Shown piece after piece: positions 12,487 through 24,306 of a DNA stretch of 64,000 nt. The stretch spans positions 2,666,001-2,730,000 of the forward strand of contig CM097888.1 of the NCBI GenBank assembly GCA_044892525.1, read 5' to 3'. Position numbers and translations under genes: made by a program. The notes under the pieces are model-generated. The model worked only from the letters and a program-made list of their open reading frames with translations. It was not told where the DNA came from and ran no database searches. How positions within the stretch are numbered: position 1 is the first letter of the stretch; every line of letters starts with the position of its first letter. The stretch is from Schmidtea polychroa (Eukaryota).

Positions 12487-15400
12487 AAGGTGAGTAGGTA
12501 GTTAGTGGCCCCCCGCAGCAATGACCCCGGGGGGGGGGTTCTGCTGCAACTTTTGATTACGCAATTTTTCAGACTATAGTGAGGGGGTCTCCTTGGTCCT
12601 GGGATTTTCAATACAAAAATTCGACTACCACTAAAAAGCCAAGGATTATTCACACTATAGTGAGGTGAGTCTCCTTGGTCCTGAGAAATAGGTGGTCTAC
12701 ACTAAAAAAGCCAAGGATTATTCACACTATAGTGAGGTGAGTCTCCTTGGTCCTGAGAAATAGGTGGTCTACACTAAAAAAGCCAAGGATTATTCACACT
12801 ATAGTGAGGGGGTCTCGATGGTCCTGGGATTTTCAATACAAAAATCCGACTACCACTAAAAAAGCATGGTAATTTAAGGTCTCAGGATATTTTCAATACA
12901 AAAATCCGACTATCAATAAAAAAGCATGGATTTTTCGAATTAAATTAAGGTGGGTCTCCTTGGTCCTGAGAATTTCAATACAAAAAGCTGGTCTTCAATT
13001 AAAAAGAGTGACAATTTAAGGTCTCGGGATATTTTCAATACAAAAATCCGACTATCAATAAAAAAGCATGGATTTTTCGAATTAAATTAAGGTGGGTCTC
13101 CTTGGTCCTGAGAATTTCAATACAAAAAGACAGTCTTCAATAAAAAAGCATGGTAATTTAAGGTCTCGGGATATTTTCAATACAAAAAGGCAGTCTACAC
13201 TAAAAAAGAGTGGCAATTTAAGGTCTCAGGATATTTTCAATACAAAAAGACAGTCTTCAATAAAAAAGCATGGATTTTTCGAATTAAATTAAGGTGGGTC
13301 TCCTTGGTCCTGAGAAAAAGGCGGTCTACAGTAAAAAACGTGGTAAATTTTTCAATTAAAGTAAATGATGGTTCAAATTTTCAAATAAGGTAATTATGGT
13401 CCTAAAAAATTAAATTACAGTAAATTATGGTCCAAATTTTTCAATTAAAGTAAATTATGGGTCTAAAAATTGAATTAAAGTAAATTATGGTCCAAATTTT
13501 TCAATTAAAGTAAATTATGGGTCTAAAAATTGAATTAAAGTAAATTATGGTCCAAATTTCTCAAATACAGTAAATTATGGTCCAAATTTTTAAATTAAAG
13601 TAAATTAAGGTTCTAAAATTTAAATTAAAGTAAATAATGGTCCAAATTTTTAAATTAAAGTAAATTTAGGTTCTAAAATATTAAATTACAGTAAATTATG
13701 GTCCAAATTTTTCAATTAAAGTAATGAATGGGCTCAAATAACTAAATTAAGGTTCTAAAAAATTAAATTAAAGTTAATTAAGGTCCAAATTTTAAAATTA
13801 AGTAATCAATGGTCAAAAATTTTAAATAAGTAAATTAAAGTAATAATTTTTAAATAAGTAATATAATAAGTATATTAAAGTAAGATTTTAAAATTTATTA
13901 ACAAAAAGTTGAAATAATAGAAGGTGTTTGAGAATTGAAATTTTTTAATGAAAATTTTTATGAAATAATTTTTTAAGTAATTTTTAATAGAAATTTTTAT
14001 GGAATAATTTTTTAAGTAATTTTTAATGGAAATTTTTATGAAATAATTTTTTAAGTTAATTTTTAATGGAAATTTTTATGAAATATTTTTCAATGATAAT
14101 TTTAGATGAAAATTTAAATGGAAAATTTTTTAAGTTAATTTTTATGAAATATTTTTCAAAGACAAATTTTAATAATAATTCAACAACAAACCAACAACTT
14201 AGTACCAACATGTATTTACAACCAGATACCTACAACTAGTTACTAACAACCAGTTACCTGATACCAACTACTCACAACCCACAACAACCAGCTAACAACT
14301 AGCTACCAAGTACTAACAACCACCATCAACCAGGTACTAAGCCTTAATTACCAACTACTAAGTACCTACAACTAGTTACTAACAACCAGTTACCTGCTAC
14401 CAAGTACCTACAACTAGATACTAACAACCAAAAACATGCAACCAACTAGGTACTAGATACCAAGTACTATCAACCAAAAACAACCAGCTAACAATCACCT
14501 ACCAAGTACTAACAACCAACATCAACCAGGTACTAAGCATTAATTACCAACTACCAAGTACTAACAACCATCAACCAGCTAATAACTAACAACCTGATAC
14601 CAACTACTCACAACCAACATCAACCAGGTACTAAGCATCATCAACCAACTACTAAGTACCTACAACCACCTACCAAGTACTAACAACCAAAAACAAGCAA
14701 CCAACTAGGTACCAGATACCAACTACTAAGTACCTACAACCAGCTAGGTACTAGATACCAAGTACTTACAACCCACAACAACCAGGTACTAAGCATTATC
14801 AACCAAGTACTAACAACCACCTACCAACTACTTACAACCTACAACCAACTAGCTACCACCTACCAACTACTTACAACCAGCTAACAACTAACTACCACCT
14901 ACCAAGTACTAACAACCAACAACAACCAGCTAACAACTAGCTACCACCTACCAAGTACATACAATCACCTACCCATTAACTAGCTACTAAGTACTATCAA
15001 CCAGCTACCACCTACCAAGTACTAACAACCAACAACTAAGCATTATCAACCAAGTACTTACAACTAGTTACTAACAACTAGTTACCTGATACTAAGTACC
15101 TACAACCACCTACCCATTAACTAGCTAGTAGAAACTAACAACTAGCTACCTGATACTAAGTACCTACAACCACCTACCCATTAACTAGCTACAACCAGAT
15201 ACCTACAACAAACTACCAAGTACTAACAACCAACAACTAAGCATTATCAACCAAGTACTAACAACTAGATACCAAGTACTAAGCACTGTCAACTAGATAC
15301 CAAACACTTACAACCAGATGACCACATGAAATTATTGGTTAAATATGAAAATAAGGGTTATATTTAGTTGTTAAGTAAATTATGGTGTAAAATTAAGTAA

Positions 15401-15787
15401 TAAAGAATAATTAGGTAAATTAAGGATAAATTAAGGAAAATTAAGGTTCAAAATTTAAAATTAAGTAACCAATGGTCCAAATTTTAAATTAAAGCTAAAG
15501 GAGTAAATTAAAGTAATAATTTTTAAATAAGTAATGTAATAAGTAAATGTAATAAGTAACCACCAACTTTTTTGAGAAATGTAATTTTTAATGAAAATTT
15601 AAAATGAAATTTTTTTTAAGTTAATTTTAAATGTAAAATTTTTTAAATAAATTTTAATGAAATAATTTTTTAAGTTAATTTTAATGAAATTTTTTTTTAA
15701 GATAATTTTAAATACAAATTTTAATGAAATAATTTTTAAGTTAATTTCAATGAAATATTTTTCAAAGTCAAAGTCAAATTTTAATGA

Positions 15788-15852
<65 letters not shown>
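15788..15852. repeat. (AAT)n microsatellite
   Basis: Pure aat run inside the foldback left arm. Confidence 0.95.
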
Positions 15853-15853
<1 letters not shown>

Positions 15854-16322
15854 TCAACAATCAGTTACCAACAACCAGATACTAAATATTTTTCACTATG
15901 TGCTAAGAAATAAGTTTCAAATACTTACAACATGATACCATGTACTAACTAACTCTCAAACAACTAGATACCTACAAAAACCTACTAAATATTCTTCATT
16001 GTATTTTATGAAATGCATTTTAAATTAATTTTTTATCTGTCTTCAAAAATATGTTTAATTACAATCAATAGAAAACCTTTTCAAATTTAACAAAAATGTT
16101 GATTTTCATCAAAAAACCACAACTTAATCACTTTAAAACACTACGTGAAATTCAAAATAATTTAAATTACAATGAAAGACTAATGAATTCTAATTTACAA
16201 AACATTCTTCTTTTAATTGATAACTTATTATTGCAACGTAAAATCGCATTCAATAAATACTTATTGTTGATCAGTTTTATTATATATACTCTGAGTTTAT
16301 CCGACAGGATGTTTTGACCCCC

Positions 16323-16409
16323 TAAGGGTACTGGTCGTAAGGGTACTGGTCATAAGGGTACTGGTCGTAAGGGTATTAGTCGTAAAGGTACTGGTCGTAA
16401 GGATATTGC
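16323..16409. repeat. 15-bp minisatellite (taagggtactggtcg), about 5.8 copies
   Basis: Direct tandem units visible. Preceded by gagtttatccgaca, which recurs with the same unit at 43551-43620. Confidence 0.9.
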
Positions 16410-19168
16410 TAACTCTCAATCCCTTACCTACCCATTAACTAGCTACTAAGTACTAACAACCAGGTCTCAAACAACTAAATACTAAACACTTACAATCAAC
16501 TAACAATCAGGTACTAAGTATTAACAACCTACAACTATATAACAACAATCAGTAAACAACACTGTACCAACTACCAAATACAAGATACCAACAACTAGAT
16601 ACCAAGTACCAACAAACCACACATAAAAATAATAGCAATTAAATACAAAATATTCTTCATCACATACACTATCTGCTTATCAAAATCTAAAAAGTCAACC
16701 AACTACTTACAACCAACAACTATGTACTAACAAATTGATCTTTAAAAGCAAATACTCTTCACTTGAAAAATTGGATGAAAAATTAATTGAACTCAAGACA
16801 TCAATAACTTGATAAAAATTGATTAAATAATTTTATTTCAATTAATTTATTCAATCTAAATCAATTATTTATTAGATCTTATTTCAAAATTTTTATTAAT
16901 TTATTATCTTAGTGGATTCAACTTGAATGATCAATATTTTTTTATTTACTGGATGATTAATGATTCAAATTCTTTCTTGTCCATTAATTACATTTTTATA
17001 ATAATTATTTGGTATATTTTGAATAATTTAAATTTTTACAATTATTTAATCAATTTTTATCAAGTTATTGATGTCTTGAGTTCAATTAATTTTTCATCCA
17101 ATTTTTCAAGTGAAGAGTATTTGCTTTTAGAGATCAATTTGTTAACTAGTTAATGGATAGGTGGTTGTAGGTACTTAGTATCAGGTAACTAGTTGTTAGT
17201 ACTTAGTAGTTGGTTAATAATGCATAGTACCTGGTTGTTGACGGTTGTAAGTACTTGGTACCTAGTTGGTTGCTTGTTTTTGGTTGTTAGTACTTGGTAG
17301 GTGGTTGTAGGTACTTAGTATCAGGTAACTGGTTGTTAGTAACTAGTTGTAGGTACTTGGTATCTGGTAATTTGTTGTAGGTACTTGGTTGTTTGAGAGT
17401 TATTTAGTACGTGGTATCTAGTTGTAAGTACTTGGTAGCAGGTAACTGGTTGTTAGTAACTAGTTGTAGGTACTTAGTAGTTGGTAATTAAGGCTTAGTA
17501 CCTGGTTGATGGTGGTTGTTAGTACTTGGTAGCTAGTTGTTAGCTGGTTGTTGTGGGTTGTGAGTAGTTGGTATCAGGTAACTGGTTGTTAGTAACTAGT
17601 TGTAGGTATCTGGTTGTAAATACATGTTGGTACTAAGTTGTTGGTTTGTTGTTGAATTATTATTAAAATTTGTCTTTGAAAAATATTTCATAAAAATTAA
17701 CTTAAAAAATTTTCCATTTAAATTTTCATCTAAAATTATCATTGAAAAATATTTCATAAAAATTTCCATTAAAAATTAACTTAAAAAATTATTTCATAAA
17801 AATTTCCATTAAAAATTACTTAAAAAATTATTCCATAAAAATTTCTATTAAAAATTACTTAAAAAATTATTTCATAAAAATTTTCATTAAAAAATTTCAA
17901 TTCTCAAACACCTTCTATTATTTCAACTTTTTGTTAATAAATTTTAAAATCTTACTTTAATTTACTTATTATATTACTTATTTAAAAATTATTACTTTAA
18001 TTTACTTATTTAAAATTTTTGACCATTGATTACTTAATTTTAAAATTTGGACCTTAATTAACTTTAATTTAATTTTTTAGAACCTTAATTTAGTTATTTG
18101 AGCCCATTCATTACTTTAATTTAAAAATTTGAACCATTATTTACTTTAATTGAAAAATTTGGACCATAATTTACTGTAATTTAATTTTTTAGGACCATAA
18201 TTTACTGTAATTTAATATTTTAGAACCTTAATTTACTTTAATTTACTTATTTAAAATTTTTTACCATTGATTACTTAATTTACTTATTTAGACCATAATT
18301 TACTTTAATTTAATTTTTTAGGACCATAATTTACTGTAATTGAAAAATTTGGACCATAATTTACTGTAATTTTAAAATTTGGACCATAATTTATTTTAAT
18401 TGAAAAATTTTGACCATAATTTACTGTATTTGAAAAATTTGGATCATAATTTACTGTAATTTTAAAATTTGGACCATTATTTACTTTAATTCAAAAATCT
18501 TAGCCCATAATTTACTGTAATTCAAATTTTTAGACCCATAATTTACTGTATTTTAATTTTTTAGAACCATTATTTACTTTAATTGAAAAATTTACCACGT
18601 TTTTTAGTGTAGACCACCTTTTTCTATTGAAATTCTCAGGACCAAGGAGATCCACCTGAATTGACCTAGAAAAATCCATGCTTTTTTAGTGGTAATTCAA
18701 ATTTGTATTGAAAATATCCTGAGACCTAAAATTACCATGCTTTTTTATTGAAGACTGTCTTTTTGTATTGAAAATATCCTGAGACCTTAAATTACCATGC
18801 TTTTTTAGTGTAGACCACCTTTTTCTATTGAAAATCCCAGGACCATCGAGACCCCTTCACTATAGTCTGAATAATCCTTGGCTTTTTTAGTGGTAGTCGG
18901 ATTTTTGTATAGAAAAAAATTTTTTGTATTGAAAATCCCAGGACCATCGTTTTTGTATTGAAAAAAATTTTTTTGTATTGAAAATCCCAGGATCATCGAG
19001 ACCCACCTCACTATAGTCTGATAAAAAAAAATTTGGACCAAAAATCCCTGAAAGCAAAAAATGTGAGTTGGAAAAATTGCGTAATTAAAAGTTGGAACAA
19101 TTTTACCCCCCCCCCCCCCGGGGGGGAGGTAATTGTTCCAGTGGGCCACTAACTACCTACTAAGGTGA

Positions 19169-19620
19169 ATAAGATGAAAGGTCAGACGATGCGATTTGTG
19201 AAAACAATTACTGGGGAAACACAAGCACCTTAATGCAGACTTCAAAATTAAATTTATCAAAGCTTAGTATCAATCACGTCAGATAGTCTTACGTTCATAG
19301 CTGAGTGACGATGAGAATGGTGCATCAACTTTCAGTTTGCTCAATAAGATTGTATAAACTATCAATTCATTTTTAATAATAGCATGTAATCCCGTTTGAT
19401 TCGTAAATCAGTGTTAGTTATTTTTAGCAAAACGATTACTCCGTATTTCCAACAGAAGATTCTTTAATTCTATATGGAAATGAACACTTAGCCGTTTGAA
19501 CCATCTGAAAGGGTTTAGAGGCCAGGTCCCAGTCCCCAAATCAACGTTGTGCAATCTCATTGAAATAAAGATTTTATGAAAAGGAAATAGTTCACCTGTG
19601 TAGCTAAGTGAATTCATTTA
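19169..19620 (-). mobile_element. hAT transposase pseudogene, 5' half
   Basis: ELFPFHKIFISMRL...PLNP and KVDAPFSSSLSY resemble the DG(L/F)PF..FS.SLDEWT region of hAT transposases. Collinear with 11880-12486 once the foldback is removed. Confidence 0.5.
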
Positions 19621-19919
19621 CGTCGAACCAAACGTCATACGTCTAAATTGATTGAAGTAGACATGTTGAACTGCGTTAACGTGGTTTCTCATCGAAATGA
19701 GTGTTGGAGAATAATTATATACAACTGTAATGTTGCAACTTATTCTATTATTCTAATTTTGTTTTATACTTATTTGTGAATTTTATAAGAACCACTTTTA
19801 TGACCCTATGCCTATTTTAGGGGTTCGAAAATGTTTACATAGTGAGAATTATCCAAATAATAATAATAATTTACAATATTATACATAATTTCAAATCCTG
19901 TTAGATTAATTCTCTATAG

Positions 19920-20289
19920 TGTGGTGCTTAAGGAGTGTATAGTAGAAATGTTCTATGGTTGCTCATAGATGTGGCACCTTCTGTGTACCCATGGCGACGA
20001 TCATGTACAAGCTGATGAAAATCAATGAGTAGGTGAGCCCCCATACTAGAACTACTCCTCATTGCATTTTCACTTTCATGTTCCTGACTGCCAATAAAGG
20101 ACTTACGTTGCTTTATCACTATACACCCATTTCTTCGCTTATTGTCTTTTCTTGTTCATTTAGTTTTTTTTACTCTGTGAAATCAGTGTGCATAATGCTA
20201 TAAATTTTTTGATTGGGAACACACACATACTCGAGTGCTACCAGTATTATGTACTCCTGATTGTACTGAATAAACGCATCTATAATACA
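19920..20289 (+). mobile_element. Possible solo LTR
   Basis: GC-richer island starting tgt and ending aataaa...aca. No convincing TSD or PBS. Confidence 0.25.
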
Positions 20290-21698
20290 AGTTGGTGTGT
20301 TATAAGTTTATAATTTATAATTTTATTTATTTTAGCCATTTATTTATTTATAATGAAATTTTGCAGGGTTTTTAGGCTTTTATTAATAAAAATTTGGAGT
20401 TTTTTCGATACAACGTATGTCCTATTATTTTAAAAAGTAATTAATTAACAAATATAATTTATTAATCTCCCCAAAAAATAACTGGATATTTTATCAAACC
20501 TGAAGGTTGAAAAATGCGAAATTACTATTAATGATATCTACGAGGGAAAATAATAAACAAACTGGGTTCAAAATCGTCTGGAACATATATTGAAGAAAGG
20601 AAAATCAGACACTAACAAAAAATTCCCATTTAATAATTAAAAATTAATAAATCTTGATTTCCCAACAACATTTTTTATTCTTTGGAATAAAATTACATGT
20701 ATAAAAAAATAATTGTTAAATTGTAATTTATTAAGATTTGTTAGCTAAAGAAATAATTCAATGTACAAAATCTTGTAAACTCGAGAGTTGAATATATTCA
20801 ATACTAGATTTACGAAACTCGATGGCTTAAACCAGATAAAGAAAAGAGATCACCGTGGAGGCCAAGAGATGACGTTTTCTAAAAATTATATATCTCGAAA
20901 GCTGTCAGAAATAATAAACAAGCTGGAAATTACCGAATATAATGTTCGAGAAGAAATAATTGAAATTGAAGTCAATGAAGACTATAAAATAAAACACAAC
21001 CTGAATCAAAGGACATAATTTGAAAATTAAAACGGAGACGTAAGTCTAAAGACTAAAGATAAACATAATTTAAAAAGAAGACAGACAAGAAAACATAATT
21101 AAAACGAAACCAAAGTGAAGCACGAGTTAAGGCTACGAAAACAACTAAATCGAATCTACCGATCCTTGCAACCAGAAACCGTAGCTAAGTGTTCGTGAAT
21201 TCCAAGTTGTATTGTAAACGTGCTATTCCTCTCGCGTCATTATTATAATATTGAATTATTGGTGTCTCTGTAAATTAGTAATCAATCGTGTTATGCAAAA
21301 ATGTTTATCTTGTATCGAGTTCATTATTGTTATTAAGCAAGGCAGACTTTGGAGTCAGATCAACAAATAGTAATATTTACTTTCATCGACAACCGCAACA
21401 ATTAGAACGTGTCAATTATCATTCGAGCCAAAGGGAGTATATTATTCAAATAACATTGCAAATTGTTGGAGAATTAATGTCTTCATATTTTGAGCAATTG
21501 ATCATAATTTATTCATTCCTCACATATTACAATCATACATATATAATTATAAATATACAAATCAATATAATTAATAATAAAATAAATATATAAATATTTG
21601 CCTAACGGTCGGAGCTAAATGCAAATAAAGGACAGTAAGTGTATTTCATAACAGGCTTACAATAGTTTCTTGCCAAAATAAATAAATGTATTGAATAA

Positions 21699-22056
21699 TT
21701 ATTTGTGTTTGGGGTCATGGAGAGGAGGAAAACGGTTCACTCGAACCGGTTCCTCATAAACCGGGTTGTGATAGATTCCGTATTTTACCGGTTCTATGTT
21801 TCCCTTTATCGATTCCGGCTTCCGAGTTACATTGTTAATTTCCCTAAACACTGGACGATTATTTTTAGGAAACACTTGGCCGTATGTTTGAAACTGGGTC
21901 GGCTTGGCATATTGATCATAATGCCAATCCATAAATTTTAGGTCAGCTCCTCTAATGTACTCCCTTTTCCGATGGTACCAATCGGGTTCGACCGCGGTAC
22001 TACTCATGGCGTGCATATCCCAGTGACCTGCACTGTTCCATTTGCGCCAGCCACCC
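21699..22056 (-). CDS. Probable terminal exon of an unidentified gene
   Basis: Open frame GGWRKWNSAGHWDMHAMSSTAVEPDWYHRKREYIRG...FPPLHDPKHK* after the acceptor tttcacag. Codon-like, GC-richer than the flanks. Confidence 0.7.
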
Positions 22057-22338
22057 TGTGAAATAATTATATTTATTATTCATGATACAAAATCGAGATG
22101 GCAATATAGTTACGTGAGGTTCCTAAAGGATTCTAAAGGATTTAAAAATGATAAAATAATTCCTAAGAATATTAACTTGTCTGGTTACGCATTTCTAGAC
22201 TCAATGTTTCGAAAATCTTCTTGTACATAATATTTTAATAAAATCGGTTGTTGACTGCAATGTTCACATTTCTTGGAACTTGATAGTCAATATTCAAAAG
22301 ATGGAAAAGTAATACTTTAAGTAGAAACATAAAATACC

Positions 22339-22434
22339 TGTGTCACCTGAAACTCTTTCTGAGTTTGCTGCCCCTCTCAACACATATGAATAGGCATAAT
22401 ATATATAATGGCGATCATAAATAATTTTAAGTCC
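22339..22434 (-). CDS. Candidate internal exon (LKIIYDRHYIYYAYSYVLRGAANSERVSGDT)
   Basis: ttttag acceptor and gtattt donor, one open frame. Phase link to the downstream exon is ambiguous. Confidence 0.3.
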
Positions 22435-23651
22435 TAAAATTCTTTGGCAATAAACATGTTACCCTTTCATAAAGCGAAAAACAAAAAATGAGATATTGTG
22501 CCCAATTATGGTTTGTGCAAATGAAGTTTCCCAATTCAACTCACTTAGTAGGGAACAAGTCAAAACGATATGAAGTACAAAAATAAGACACCCTGTTTAT
22601 TTCTAAAGTAAAAAAATTAACTTTTTTTCGTCTCTTCTATTCCTACTAAACCATTAAATTGTTGGGGTTATACAAAAGATACGAAATAAAATGTCAAATT
22701 TTACTAATTACCAAAATCAATTAAAATTAATTAAAAATTTGGAAAAGTTAAAAATCAATATTTTTCTGGTAGGAGTGGAATAAAGTAGGAGACGAATAAA
22801 GTAATTTCAAATTGATAAGAGGTTCATAGAAGGGTCAGGGATTTCAAAACAAATTAATTAAGTTTCAACAAAAGGCATTAATCAAAGAATATCTAACTGA
22901 TTGTCAGGGAATTAGGAGAATCGACAGAGAAGTCTTCAGCCAGATGAAGGAAAGATAAATATAATCAGCTAGCAGAAAAGCAAAAAGCGCCAGTTAGTGG
23001 AAACGAGAAATCAAACTAAAATAATTTAGGAAGCAGTCGGAGGTGAAATCAGATTAACTTTATTTTATTATGATGAATTTAGTTAATGCTTCCAATTGTT
23101 CTCAGAATTCCGAAAATATGTCAAATCATTCACAAACAGATATTGGAAATTCCTTAAACACTAGCCTAAATGGGCGATCATTAACGAATAATGATCAACT
23201 AGAACACAATTATAATCAATCAAATATCACGTATACTCTAACTCATTCCAAGAGTCAATAAAAATTCATGCAATCAGCTAATATTTCTTATTATCAATCA
23301 GGCTCTATAAATCAATCTCAGACGAGCAAAGTAAATTCGATACCATGTTATTATTATCAAGATCAACTGTATCCGGCTCGTAATAGTGTTAGCTCTCATA
23401 GACAACACCTTCATCCATTCCCCATTCACAATCACCCAATTTCATATGGGAAATACACAGTCAAATTTAGTTCAGCAAAGTAATTCTGTTTCAGAAGTAA
23501 TTCAGCCAAGTAGTGTAGAATCTTGGAGTGGAATTCATGAACATGTAAATTCCTAAAAATCTCTCCAAATGAGCCAAGATGTTGAAATGGTTCCGTATTT
23601 TCAAAGATTTCCATATGCTTTAATTCTCAAAATAATATAATAAATCCTAAC

Positions 23652-24306
23652 TGTTAGACGCAATAAAATTCAAATCTTCTTCAAGCATTTATTTTTATAA
23701 CAACTTCAAAATTGTGCCGTTTACTAGCGTATTTTTAGAATTTAGAATTTATTGATTTTTTTCGGATTTTTGCCTTTCGTAACTGCTTTTGCTATTTCCT
23801 AATTCTGTTTCCATCATACTTTCTTTTGCTATCAATCTTGTGCATGACCACAATTTTATTTGTCTTTTTCATTCAATCTATATTTTATTTAAATTTTCTT
23901 TTAATTTACTGACCCCAACAATGAGCTATTAGTGAATTCACATTGCTTAAGTATTTAAAAAAAATTTGTTTCTATAATTGCTTTTTCAGTTTAAAAAGTT
24001 TAAGTGTACAAAAGAAAAGTGAAAAGTTAAAATTTTTTTAATAATTGTGTCTGCGTAAAGGTTTGTATTTATATTTTCATTTTATAAGTTTATTTCTAGT
24101 AATGAAGATTTACTAAAAAATCCACTTAGCAGAAAAATACGCTTAATTATCATGTACTTTAAATACTGACACTTACTTATGAAATATTATTATTAATATA
24201 TTTTTATAAAGTGGCTTTCTTGTTGTTAGACGCAATTAAATTCAAGTCTTCTTCAAGCATTTATTTTTATAACAACTTCAAAATTGTGTCGTTTACTAGA
24301 GTATTT
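23652..24306. repeat. 83-bp direct repeat pair (23652-23734 and 24224-24306)
   Basis: Near-identical tgttagacgcaa...tttactag.gtattt copies. The minus strand reads aataaa...aca like an LTR 3' end. Confidence 0.8.

Larger units (their letters stand above)
12493..19161. mobile_element. Giant foldback (long inverted-repeat) non-autonomous element built from tandem arrays
   Basis: 19-bp perfect TIR agtaggtagttagtggccc / gggccactaactacctact. Flanking duplication taaggtga (12486-12493, 19161-19168). Mirrored modules on both arms, symmetry centre about 16860-17000, no transposase ORF. Confidence 0.88.

Noticed and set aside
12560-13340. CRISPR-like repeat/spacer pattern and the 66-aa ORF at 13092-13292
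   Set aside because: The variable parts are themselves repeated variants, and the ORF merely translates the tandem units.
14180-15330. Telomere-like strand-asymmetric repeat
   Set aside because: Units are irregular, not TTAGGG/TTAGG, and are mirrored internally as part of the foldback element.
15684-15935. Poly-Ile, poly-Tyr and (YI)n ORFs (also 34110-34358, 54628-54738)
   Set aside because: These are translations of microsatellites.
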